A DNA stretch of 37,036 nt. Origin: a virus (taxonomy: Duplodnaviria > Caudoviricetes). The stretch's first letter is position 1; every line of letters begins with the position of its first letter. A program made the position numbers and the translations under genes. Location of the stretch: positions 1 through 37,036 of the IMG/VR virus record IMGVR_UViG_3300020727_000041. The stretch is one strand, 5' to 3'. The notes beneath the pieces were generated by a model that did no database searches, was not told the DNA's origin, and saw nothing but the letters and a program-made list of their open reading frames with translations. Below are positions 20,412-28,440 of this stretch, one piece after another.

Positions 20412-22247
20412 TTAGACTGGCTGCCTTCTGATAACTCCCGCAGATAATTGCGCGTTACCAGAAGATGAAAGTCCTGCAAGTAGTGTTTGCAGTGCTGGAC
20501 GGCCACCAGGTGCCATACCTTCTTGGCCTGGAGCAACACCCTGCATACGGCCTGATGCTTCTAGGCCAGGTGGGAGTTGTCCACTAGATGCCCCAGCGGG
20601 AGCCTCGCCTGGAGCGCTTTGCGCTTCTTCAGGGGCTGCACCTGCTGGGGATTCTGGTTGTGGTTCTGGAGCGAAGGCTTCAGCGACTGTCTCTTCAATC
20701 TGCTTGCCTTCTTGTCGTCCATTGATAATTGTTGCCATTGCTGACAAAATCTTTGATGGGTCCTGACCCTGTGCAACCATTGCAGGAAGTGCCTGTGCAT
20801 AACCTGCTACTGCTTGAATAAGAGCGTCGCGTAGTTCTTCAACTTCGACTTTCTCTTCTTCCATGGTGACGTTCATTTCCCATGGCATCTGACGACGAAG
20901 GAAGTCACGTGAGATTAACTTATCACCTCGTGCTTGGAGTCCAAAGACAAGAGCACGGTTAGGGTCAAGTCCAGCCATAAGGCCGTATGTAACATCACAC
21001 CAGTAATCGCCCTGAATATCTTTTGATGGCGTGTAGTTGATTTCGTAAGGAGCACCAGCGTTAACACCGCGTACTTCCTTTGTTACATCACCAAATAATT
21101 TTTCATCCATCATGAAGCAGAGGCGCATGACGTGTCTGAATGACTCAGCAAATACAGCCTGCGCTGTCTTGACCTGAGTATCAAAGCCACCCATGAGTGC
21201 TTCTACGCCACGGCCTGTGACGATAGAACCTGACTGCTGACCTAGGCGGCCTTGTGGGTAACGTGAACCAACACGAAGTTCCTGGTCAAGTGTTGCAGAT
21301 TCCTGGAAAATTCCATTAGGAATATCAATACCAACGCGACGAATCTTCTCTGGGTTAGCAGAACGAATGGTTGCGTCTGGACCCATCTCAAGGACGTTAA
21401 CGTCATTAGGCATTGCAATTGGAGCCTGTACAGATTTTTGTGCTGCTTCCAACTGGAGAGTTGCAAAGCGTGAGCGTGCAACCTGAACCCACATGATGTC
21501 ATCAAACTGACCACGTTGGTTCTCATCTGAATCTACGCCTGGGCGGATTGCGATGACAACTGGAATCTCACCAAGGAAATTCTTTGCACGGTCAAGAACA
21601 AGATTGCTACGCTCAGGGATGAAGAGGATTGTCTCATCCTTGTCGGTGTAGCGGAATACTTCAAGGAGACGCTCAGATGAGCGCTTCTCGTATTGACCAC
21701 GGATAACTGGCTCGTGCTCAGGGAAATCGTTACAAAGTTCGCGTACTGTCTTCTGGTAGCGCTTGGTGTATGAGCGCAACTTGTTGAAGCGGTCATACTC
21801 TGGGTATGAGCCAATTGGATTGTCAATGCGAATCATTGGGCGATTGTTTTCAAAATCAGGCTCAATGATAAATGCAAGCATTCCAAATGTTACATAGCGG
21901 TCAGCGCCTGTGTACATCTGAGTTTGAAGATTGCAAGAGTCACGGTAGCCAGCAGCAATCATGGTGCGCTTGTCAGCACGCTTGCGTGCACGGTCAGAGA
22001 TAGTATCTGTTGTGTCGCAGTTAAATGCTGGAAGTGGAGCAATAACTTCTGCTACGTCGCGTGCTGCAACGTCAATGAAGTTAGCCACCATTGGTTTAGG
22101 AAAGTCTGATGAGAATAGTTCAGGGAAGACTTGCTGAATGTTACCCTGACGGATAGACATGAGGTCAGTCCAGCGAGCATCACGAGTATGGTAGTGGTCA
22201 CGCAGTTTGCGTACCTTGATACCTAACTCGTCAATATCTATTGCCAT
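20412..22247 (-). CDS. portal (head-tail connector) protein
   Basis: 611 aa, directly downstream of TerL, GGAGG RBS, low-complexity Pro/Ala/Gly C-terminal tail. Confidence 0.85.
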   Translation of the reverse strand: MAIDIDELGIKVRKLRDHYHTRDARWTDLMSIRQGNIQQVFPELFSSDFPKPMVANFIDVAARDVAEVIAPLPAFNCDTTDTISDRARKRADKRTMIAAGYRDSCNLQTQMYTGADRYVTFGMLAFIIEPDFENNRPMIRIDNPIGSYPEYDRFNKLRSYTKRYQKTVRELCNDFPEHEPVIRGQYEKRSSERLLEVFRYTDKDETILFIPERSNLVLDRAKNFLGEIPVVIAIRPGVDSDENQRGQFDDIMWVQVARSRFATLQLEAAQKSVQAPIAMPNDVNVLEMGPDATIRSANPEKIRRVGIDIPNGIFQESATLDQELRVGSRYPQGRLGQQSGSIVTGRGVEALMGGFDTQVKTAQAVFAESFRHVMRLCFMMDEKLFGDVTKEVRGVNAGAPYEINYTPSKDIQGDYWCDVTYGLMAGLDPNRALVFGLQARGDKLISRDFLRRQMPWEMNVTMEEEKVEVEELRDALIQAVAGYAQALPAMVAQGQDPSKILSAMATIINGRQEGKQIEETVAEAFAPEPQPESPAGAAPEEAQSAPGEAPAGASSGQLPPGLEASGRMQGVAPGQEGMAPGGRPALQTLLAGLSSSGNAQLSAGVIRRQPV

Positions 22248-24147
22248 ACCACGTGCCTCCGTTAGTTACCATCTCCTCTTGGAGTTTGGCGTATTCTTCT
22301 AAATTCACAACTCTGCGTTGTTTCTGCTGACCACGTGTGAGGAATGGATTCTTGATGAATGTATTTCCGTATGCACCCAGTTGGTTGATATAATCGCGCA
22401 TCTGAGTCTCTGCAAACCATAGGGCCATTGGTCCGTCTTGCTTACCCTTTGTGCCTGCAGACCACGTAATCAATTGCTCGATAAGAGCCTTGATGTGTTC
22501 GTTATCGGAACGAGGAAACTCCAGGAGATTGGAACCTTTAATGTGTTTGCCTTGGTTGTCCATCGTTCCGAAAAGTGGTGCCATAGATGCAACGCCGAAC
22601 TCGGCGTCCATCTTGTTCTTACCTGTGTAGTGGTCAACAAGGCGAATGCCTCGTGACGCAAGAAACTTGTTAATCTGTTCGTCTTGAGTCAAGAACAACT
22701 GGAAGGCGTTCTTCTCAATTACCCATACCTTTGGCTTGTACTTTTCAGTCCAAGAGAAGATAAGGTCACGAATCTGTGCTGGAGTTGGTGCTGGCATCCG
22801 TGCTGCCTCAAGGAGGTAGCGCTTCTGATTTGTGCGGTCGCCTGCCATGACAACTGCGAAGGTATCACCAGACATTGCTGGGTCCATACTTGCAACGATG
22901 TATTGGTCATTGAGTGAAGCAGGGTGGCCTGGTGCGCCTGGGATAAGCGGTCCAATGGAGCGCATACCTGCGACAGAGCCTCGTACACATTCAGGGCTAA
23001 AGATTGCAGTTGACTCAACATCTTGCTGCTGGTAAACCATTGCCCAGGTCTTTGGGTCTAAGACACCACGACGGCGCTTGAGGTTTTCACCATCCCAGCG
23101 AGGATAGAGTCCGTCAGCATCAGGCTGTGTTTCATCTGCTGCCCAAGGGCGGTCAGACTTTGGCCAGAGGGTTTGCCAGTCTTTGGCATCATCTGAAAAC
23201 TCTAGAACGGCTGGCATAGCCAGATAGGTCCAAGGGCTGGTGCCATCTGGATAGCGGTCTGGGTTACGCATCTCACGATACATGTCCAATGGGTCAACGC
23301 GTGTACCTACTACAAGAATCTTGCCTGTAGGACCAACACGGGTAATGACTTCCTGTTGAATCCAACGAATCTGCTTTTCGTACTCGTTAGCGTTAGCCAA
23401 AGTCACACAGTCATCGAGGATGATGTAATCGGCACGAGCACCGTAAATTTGACCACCGATACCAAGAGCCTGAAGCGTTGGGTCTTTTTCACCTGAGTCG
23501 CGTTCGATGTAAATTGCGTCCTGGGTCCATTTCTCGGCGGTAGCCTTGAAGCCTTCTACTGGAGCGTAGCGACGCTGGAGTTCAATCCACTGCGGAGCAG
23601 TCAAGCGCTGCTTGACGGCGTAAAGGAATTCTTTGGCCATCTGCTGGGTCTTGGACACTAACTTGATTCTGACATTTGGGTTGGTCACAATCAGATACGT
23701 CACAAAGTCAATCGAGACGGTCATGGATTTCGCGTGCTCTGGTGGCATGTTGCAGAGCACGTAATTCTTAAAGCCAGGCTCATAAATCATGTTTGGATGG
23801 AGCCATGCTGGCTCCCCGTCTTCCAGCAGCGAAATGATATTGCGTTGGTGTGGGAAAGTCATGGAGTTAAGGTACTTAAGACGGAAATCTTCAAAAGAAA
23901 TATTCTTGTCGTCATCTGCCACAACGCCCTTGCGTTTTTGCAAAACGCGGGCTAGGTCAATCGCTTCCTTAAATTGTGGGTCGGAAGCGCGGTAGTACTC
24001 ATAGGATTTGACGGATTTGCCTACGGCGCGGCAGGCGTCCTCAACTGTGACGCCTTCCTCAATGAGATTGATAAGTCTTTTCTTGGCCTCTGGGGCAGGA
24101 AGCGTGGCACCTGGTGCCAGGCGGTAGTCGCCTTTTTTATTAGCCAT
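22231..24147 (-). CDS. terL: terminase large subunit with N-terminal HTH
   Basis: Start moved to ATG 24147 (GAAGG upstream); Walker A variant MPPEHAKS, Walker B YIILDD, VVGTR, nuclease SMDPA and QDGPMA. Confidence 0.92.
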   Translation of the reverse strand: MANKKGDYRLAPGATLPAPEAKKRLINLIEEGVTVEDACRAVGKSVKSYEYYRASDPQFKEAIDLARVLQKRKGVVADDDKNISFEDFRLKYLNSMTFPHQRNIISLLEDGEPAWLHPNMIYEPGFKNYVLCNMPPEHAKSMTVSIDFVTYLIVTNPNVRIKLVSKTQQMAKEFLYAVKQRLTAPQWIELQRRYAPVEGFKATAEKWTQDAIYIERDSGEKDPTLQALGIGGQIYGARADYIILDDCVTLANANEYEKQIRWIQQEVITRVGPTGKILVVGTRVDPLDMYREMRNPDRYPDGTSPWTYLAMPAVLEFSDDAKDWQTLWPKSDRPWAADETQPDADGLYPRWDGENLKRRRGVLDPKTWAMVYQQQDVESTAIFSPECVRGSVAGMRSIGPLIPGAPGHPASLNDQYIVASMDPAMSGDTFAVVMAGDRTNQKRYLLEAARMPAPTPAQIRDLIFSWTEKYKPKVWVIEKNAFQLFLTQDEQINKFLASRGIRLVDHYTGKNKMDAEFGVASMAPLFGTMDNQGKHIKGSNLLEFPRSDNEHIKALIEQLITWSAGTKGKQDGPMALWFAETQMRDYINQLGAYGNTFIKNPFLTRGQQKQRRVVNLEEYAKLQEEMVTNGGTWYGNRY

Positions 24148-24232
24148 AAGGCGCGGACCTTCGTTTCCTAATGGGTTGAAAATGAGCAATTGGGGGGCCA
24201 ATAGCAATTGGCCATAATTATCCCACTGCGAA

Positions 24233-24371
24233 GCATTGCCTATGGGCAACGCTATGGGGTTGGTAGGGGGCGCCCTGAAGGCGCCATATGGGGTAGGAGG
24301 TAACCGACCCTAAGGAGGTTACCGACGCTCTCAAACAGTCTCCGCTGTGAGGCTCCGACTGTTGTGAGAGC
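24233..24371 (-). other. array of four inverted repeats in the terL leader
   Basis: Stems at 24233-24252, 24269-24285, 24299-24323 and 24327-24371. Confidence 0.65.
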
Positions 24372-24449
24372 CGAACGGAAGGGGCTGTTTTATTTTATCC
24401 CCTATATATATTAAGGTGGGGATTTTACCGTTTATCCCGCATTGAGGTG

Positions 24450-24465
24450 TGTGATGTTCGTCACA
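24450..24465. promoter_or_regulatory. consensus CRP/GlxR-type binding site
   Basis: TGTGA-TGTTCG-TCACA, an exact TGTGA-N6-TCACA match, in non-coding DNA. Confidence 0.7.
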
Positions 24466-24861
24466 TACTATAAAAGTGCTGGTCAGAGCCTATATTTAGA
24501 AAAAATATTTTGGTTGATAGTAACGGTAGGTAGGCGCCGAGATTAAAAACCCTGGGGTTGCGATAGTCGCTTTATCGACTTTCCGACGGCAAGACTTATC
24601 CCTAGCCCCCACAGAATTACTCTCTCAGACCCCACAGAATGCAGGGCATTCCTACCCGTTCGAGCCTCTTATATCGCCGTATAAGGGCGAACTTCTTACC
24701 TTCTAGGGCGTTAGGGCAAGGGTTCGAGGCGTGATGGGGGACTGTCCATTCCTCCACTTTCCCCCACTTCGAGGCCTCCCGATTCTGACCCGATTCCCTA
24801 ACCTTGAGCCTCCTCGACTCAACTCTTATGCCTAGCACTCTCCCCGACAGTCTGCCAATTG

Positions 24862-24922
24862 GTTGAACTTTCAACTAATGACCATTTGAGCGTGGGAAAG
24901 TATGACCACTAAATGACCATTT
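24862..24922. promoter_or_regulatory. operator-like palindrome and repeats upstream of the early promoter
   Basis: GTTGAA-CT-TTCAAC (24862-24875); ATGACCA at 24878, 24902 and 24913. Confidence 0.55.
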
Positions 24923-24927
24923 CCACC

Positions 24928-24956
24928 TTGACACGCCTGTATCAGGCGCGTAATCT
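24928..24956 (+). promoter_or_regulatory. sigma70/SigA-type early promoter P1
   Basis: TTGACA-17 bp-TAATCT; the spacer holds palindrome CGCCTG-TAT-CAGGCG. Confidence 0.85.
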
Positions 24957-25001
24957 TCTCTATATCGGGGGCAAGCCCCGAACCTATGGAAGGTGGAAAG
25001 T

Positions 25002-25253
25002 ATGAAGTGGGACAAGAAGTTAGAACACAACTACCTCGGAATCATTCAGCGCACAGTTGAAGGTACAACTAAGGCGCATGCCTACTACTACATCAAGCAA
25101 GCAACGGGCTACTATCACGGCTATGTAGTCGGACGTTATACCTTCGGCAAGACTATCGACTACCGCGAATGGTTCTCGACTCTCGCTGAGGCTCGCGCCT
25201 TCGCTAAGGAGGTAGACGAGAGCACCCTAGTAATTGAGGAGGTGCGCGCATAA
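25002..25253 (+). CDS. hypothetical early protein
   Basis: 83 aa from ATG 25002; GGAAGGTGG RBS; Tyr-rich, FSTLAEARAFA. Confidence 0.75.
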   Translation: MKWDKKLEHNYLGIIQRTVEGTTKAHAYYYIKQATGYYHGYVVGRYTFGKTIDYREWFSTLAEARAFAKEVDESTLVIEEVRA

Positions 25254-25387
25254 TGGCAATCCCTGTCTATCCCTCAATCTGCCTCGCTTGTGGCGAGCCT
25301 TGCCTAATGTATGTCCTCAACCAAGATTGGTGCCTAGAGTGCCTCCTCACCGCTAAGAATATCCTCACCCGAAAGGAAGTCGCATAA
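25253..25387 (+). CDS. 44-aa Cys-rich microprotein (CLAC...CLEC), not in ORF track
   Basis: Hand-translated; GAGGAGG RBS; TAATG overlaps at both ends. Confidence 0.75.
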   Translation: MAIPVYPSICLACGEPCLMYVLNQDWCLECLLTAKNILTRKEVA

Positions 25388-25551
25388 TGGAAACAAAATT
25401 CACTAAAGAAGAACTTTCTCTCATTTATTCCGCCCTATTCCACGACTCTCAAGGCACTTGGGGAGACGGAAGAAGGCAGGAAATTCACGCCCTGCTCGGG
25501 CGCCTCGATTACTACCTAGCCCGCGCCTATGTCGGAAAGGAAATCGCATAA
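25387..25551 (+). CDS. 54-aa microprotein (METKFTKEEL...), not in ORF track
   Basis: GAAAGGA RBS; TAATG overlaps at both ends. Confidence 0.75.
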   Translation: METKFTKEELSLIYSALFHDSQGTWGDGRRQEIHALLGRLDYYLARAYVGKEIA

Positions 25552-25697
25552 TGAAGCAACTACTCGCCGTTCTAGCAATAGCCCTAAGCCTACTCGCCAT
25601 CGGCTACCGCGCCACTCACACGCCTATCTATGGCAATTGCCACCAGACGGCAGACGGGCAAGTGTGCACACTCATCAAATACGTGTCGAATCGCTAG
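25551..25697 (+). CDS. 48-aa membrane-anchored or secreted microprotein
   Basis: True start ATG 25551 (GAAAGGA RBS); MKQLLAVLAIALSLLAIG hydrophobic segment; two Cys. Confidence 0.75.
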   Translation: MKQLLAVLAIALSLLAIGYRATHTPIYGNCHQTADGQVCTLIKYVSNR

Positions 25698-25701
25698 GTG
25701 C

Positions 25702-25730
25702 TTGACGATAGGGCAGGGGCTTAGTATCCT
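25702..25730 (+). promoter_or_regulatory. sigma70/SigA-type early promoter P2
   Basis: TTGACG-17 bp-TATCCT in an intergenic gap; overlapped by an inverted repeat. Confidence 0.75.
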
Positions 25731-25781
25731 GCTCTATAGCCGAGAACTTCTCGGATTAACGCCTTATGGAAGGGGCTAACA

Positions 25782-26111
25782 ATGTGTGAAAAGTATGAAG
25801 GTTGGACTAACCGCGAAACTTGGGCAACGAATCTGTGGCTAGATAATGACCGCGGGCTGTATTACACAGTGCAAGAAATGGCACGGGAAGCAATTCTTAG
25901 CAAAGATGAAGACCAAGAATTCGCTTGTTCAACATGCTTGGCAGAGAACCTTGAATCTCTCTTTGATGAAGCCTTCTCAGATATTGCAGAGATGAGCCAA
26001 GAAGGACTCAACATGCTGAAAGATATCGGCTCGCTCTATCGTGTGAACTGGCACGAAATTGCTACCAATATCCTTTCAGAACTTCAGACACAGCAGGAGG
26101 TCAGCGCATGA
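25782..26111 (+). CDS. conserved phage hypothetical protein
   Basis: 109 aa; YEGWTNRETW..NLWLDND and VNWHEIA motifs; acidic. Confidence 0.8.
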   Translation: MCEKYEGWTNRETWATNLWLDNDRGLYYTVQEMAREAILSKDEDQEFACSTCLAENLESLFDEAFSDIAEMSQEGLNMLKDIGSLYRVNWHEIATNILSELQTQQEVSA

Positions 26112-26344
26112 AACTCAGCACCTACGAACGACACATTAAAGACGGCAAACACTGGAACGCTGCAGGCTTCTTAGAAGCCCTGCACCGTAATGGGGTATCG
26201 CTTGAACACCTCATGACCAACGACTGGGACAATTCCACGCCTAGAGTTTACCTAGAGGTAAGCAAGGGCAGAGTCTATAAAAGATTCAGCGATTACGACT
26301 TCGCTAACGCTCTAAAGTATTACCGTGAGCAGGTGAACGCATGA
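26108..26344 (+). CDS. hypothetical early protein
   Basis: 78 aa, AGGAGG RBS, ATGA overlap. Confidence 0.75.
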   Translation: MKLSTYERHIKDGKHWNAAGFLEALHRNGVSLEHLMTNDWDNSTPRVYLEVSKGRVYKRFSDYDFANALKYYREQVNA

Positions 26345-26442
26345 ACGCCGAATGTGTAAAGGGAAACCACTCTAACTGTCCCGACGCCTTAGACGATACT
26401 TATTCTTGCTCTTGCCCTTGCCACTTAGGGGCAACAGCATGA
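26341..26442 (+). CDS. 33-aa Cys/His microprotein (C....H..C.........CSCPCH), not in ORF track
   Basis: ATGA overlaps at both ends; AGGTG RBS. Confidence 0.65.
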   Translation: MNAECVKGNHSNCPDALDDTYSCSCPCHLGATA

Positions 26443-26561
26443 GCCTCGACCTACGCCCCGCCTATGCTGTACGCCTAGAAGGTGGCTCTATTGAATACAT
26501 CCCCTACTGTGGGGACTGTCTCGTACCTATCAATGAATGCACACACAAAGGAGCAAAATAA
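26439..26561 (+). CDS. 40-aa microprotein (CGDC......CTH), not in ORF track
   Basis: ATGA overlap; stop abuts the next ATG. Confidence 0.65.
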   Translation: MSLDLRPAYAVRLEGGSIEYIPYCGDCLVPINECTHKGAK

Positions 26562-26786
26562 ATGGACACAAAACTGCCCGAACGAATTAACGCCATGAAG
26601 TTAATTTCTTACGACGTGCAACAAATAGCCGAAACTCTAATGGCAGAACAAGAATTAGTAGCGCACGAGATAACTTTAGAAATGATTATGGAAAGAATTG
26701 AAGCATGGGTCGAGGAAGATTTTGCTCATGATGTAGCGGATAGCACTATCTATCAAGATGAAAACGGAGAGGAGATAGAACTATGA
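26562..26786 (+). CDS. hypothetical highly acidic protein
   Basis: 74 aa, AAGGAG RBS, ends YQDENGEEI. Confidence 0.75.
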   Translation: MDTKLPERINAMKLISYDVQQIAETLMAEQELVAHEITLEMIMERIEAWVEEDFAHDVADSTIYQDENGEEIEL

Positions 26787-26947
26787 GCAACGAACGGCTG
26801 AATTATTGGAGGCTCTTAGCCGAGCAACACGAGTTGGAAGTGCAAGAAGCGACCCGTGAGGCGGATATTCCCCGCGCTATTCGTGCCACTATGCAGATGG
26901 CGCACGCGCTAGAGCAGGCAAGAATTACGGACGAGCGTGGCGAGTAG
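26783..26947 (+). CDS. 54-aa helical microprotein, not in ORF track
   Basis: GAGGAG RBS, ATGA overlap; MSNERLNYWRLLAE... Confidence 0.7.
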   Translation: MSNERLNYWRLLAEQHELEVQEATREADIPRAIRATMQMAHALEQARITDERGE

Positions 26948-27095
26948 TTGTTACTCGTATGACTTCTACGGGCAGGAGTGGCTGACTCATTGCGGGTCTG
27001 GCTCCTGCTCGTGGAATATCTACACCCCGAACTTGCGAGAGGCTAAGCGCCTTCGCCTTAAACACACGCGCCGCGAATGTGGCAACGGATACTGA
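26937..27095 (+). CDS. 52-aa Cys/His microprotein, not in ORF track
   Basis: GTG start, fills the gap; C....C...H....C pattern; weak RBS. Confidence 0.55.
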   Translation: MASSCYSYDFYGQEWLTHCGSGSCSWNIYTPNLREAKRLRLKHTRRECGNGY

Positions 27096-27107
27096 AAGGA
27101 GGAACAA

Positions 27108-27269
27108 GTGAGCAGAACTCTTACCGAGACAATTGGCGAGCACGCTACCAACGCACTACACGAAGCGATTCGTATTGCGTGGCAGGCTGGCTACGACCAA
27201 GCACTTATTGACATGCAAGAGCACGAACAACACATTAGCCAATTAGTGGCTGAAGATATCGGGGAATAA
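27108..27269 (+). CDS. 53-aa microprotein, not in ORF track
   Basis: AAGGAGG RBS, GTG start, AWQAGYDQA motif; stop abuts whiB. Confidence 0.75.
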   Translation: MSRTLTETIGEHATNALHEAIRIAWQAGYDQALIDMQEHEQHISQLVAEDIGE

Positions 27270-27662
27270 GTGGACAACTGGCAGGAATTGGGAGCATGCT
27301 CAGGGACAGACCCAGAAGCATTCTTCCCAGAATATAACCGTGACGCCAACACGCAGAAGGAGCAGATACTAGACGCCTTGCAGGCGTTAAGGGTCTGCTC
27401 TACCTGCACTGTATCCGCTGAGTGCTTCGCCTATGCGATGGCACATGATGACTCAATCAACGCTGGGATATACGCAGGCACTCTCGCATTTGAGAGGCAA
27501 CGCATAGCCAAGAAGCAGGGCAGAGTCGTCATCTCAGGAGGCGCACCACGGTTAGAGCAAGCAATCAGGCGACACGCTAATAGGCAACAAATCGCCGTTC
27601 CCCCGTTAGGAGTAGAGCCATTAAACGAATCACTAAGAAGGCAGCAGCAACGCTCAGCATAG
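27270..27662 (+). CDS. whiB: WhiB family Fe-S transcription factor
   Basis: W....AC...DPEAFFP, CSTC, C, then GIYAGT...ER (variant of G[VI]WGG). Confidence 0.9.
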   Translation: MDNWQELGACSGTDPEAFFPEYNRDANTQKEQILDALQALRVCSTCTVSAECFAYAMAHDDSINAGIYAGTLAFERQRIAKKQGRVVISGGAPRLEQAIRRHANRQQIAVPPLGVEPLNESLRRQQQRSA

Positions 27663-28054
27663 GAATTGTCCTAGCGAGCGCAGTAACGACCCTAGAGGCG
27701 GATAGGAAGGCGATTAAACGCCATCCTAGAACCGCTTTACTACCCACTGTAAGCCAGTTAAAGTCGTGGACACAGAAGCAGTATGGCAAAGACGCCATTC
27801 AATTTGAGTGCCTCGATTTACTCTGGACTATGGAATCCCACTGGAACTATAAAGCAGTGGGAGCAAAGACTCGCCAGGGCTTGGCATATGGAATACCTCA
27901 AGCCTTGCCTGCAATCAAGATGAAAGACTCAGGCGCAGACTACTTGACTAATCCCTACACTCAAATAAAATGGGGCTTACGTTACATAGAACTACGCTAT
28001 AACAACAACGCCTGCTGGGCGTTACGTCACGAACTCAATAAAGGATGGTATTGA
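27620..28054 (+). CDS. secreted SLT-family lytic transglycosylase, apparent ATT start
   Basis: QFECLDLLWTMESHWN, AYGIPQALP, NPYTQIKWGLRYI..RY, GWY. AGGAG lies 7 nt before in-frame ATT 27620, followed by a signal-like N-terminus. The ORF track captures only 27830 onward. Confidence 0.8.
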   Translation: MKRITKKAAATLSIGIVLASAVTTLEADRKAIKRHPRTALLPTVSQLKSWTQKQYGKDAIQFECLDLLWTMESHWNYKAVGAKTRQGLAYGIPQALPAIKMKDSGADYLTNPYTQIKWGLRYIELRYNNNACWALRHELNKGWY

Positions 28055-28213
28055 ATGAGCAGTGGAAATAATGTACGAGAAATGGACTGGACCTGGGAGT
28101 GCCCAGACTGTCGTCATCTCAACGAAGATGTAACTGTATTTGTGGACGGAGTAGATGATTACGCCAACGCTACCTGTGAGGCGTGTGATTACGAGACAGA
28201 GGTCAAGGTATGA
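28055..28213 (+). CDS. 52-aa zinc-ribbon microprotein (CPDC...CEAC), not in ORF track
   Basis: AAAGGA RBS; abuts the previous stop; ATGA overlap. Confidence 0.75.
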   Translation: MSSGNNVREMDWTWECPDCRHLNEDVTVFVDGVDDYANATCEACDYETEVKV

Positions 28214-28440
28214 AGGACTGTTTCTGCACCAAGACCTACCAATGCCTCGGATGTGAGAGGCAAGAAGAACGCAAGCAGGCTATTGCAGAAGGCCGTGCAC
28301 TCACTCGCAAAATTGCAGAGTGTGGCACTCGTGCTGGATACAATCGCCATCTTAAACTGAAGGAAGAAACCTGTGCTGACTGTCGTCAGGCGCAGAAGGA
28401 ATCGGTAATGCGGGCACAAGCAAAGAGAAGGGCAGCATGA
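28210..28440 (+). CDS. Cys/His-rich basic protein, probable zinc-binding
   Basis: 76 aa; CFC...CLGC and CGTRAGYNRH......CADC. Confidence 0.75.
   Translation: MKDCFCTKTYQCLGCERQEERKQAIAEGRALTRKIAECGTRAGYNRHLKLKEETCADCRQAQKESVMRAQAKRRAA

Noticed and set aside
24148-24249. ORF-track N-terminal extension of TerL (similar extensions for scaffold 11258, 12611, 25458, 28604, 30503, 36785)
   Set aside because: Downstream ATGs have better RBSs or stop-start coupling; the extensions run through structured non-coding DNA or neighbouring genes
24617-24874. 85-aa minus-strand ORF as a candidate small terminase
   Set aside because: No clear RBS, no TerS-like features, lies in repeat-rich control DNA about 470 bp from terL
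24600-24925. Short repeats as a mini-CRISPR array
   Set aside because: Repeats are 7-11 nt, of several different types and irregularly spaced
24150-24990. tRNA or tmRNA genes in the non-coding regions
   Set aside because: No cloverleaf with properly placed T-loop and acceptor stem found by eye; tRNAscan-SE or ARAGORN would settle it
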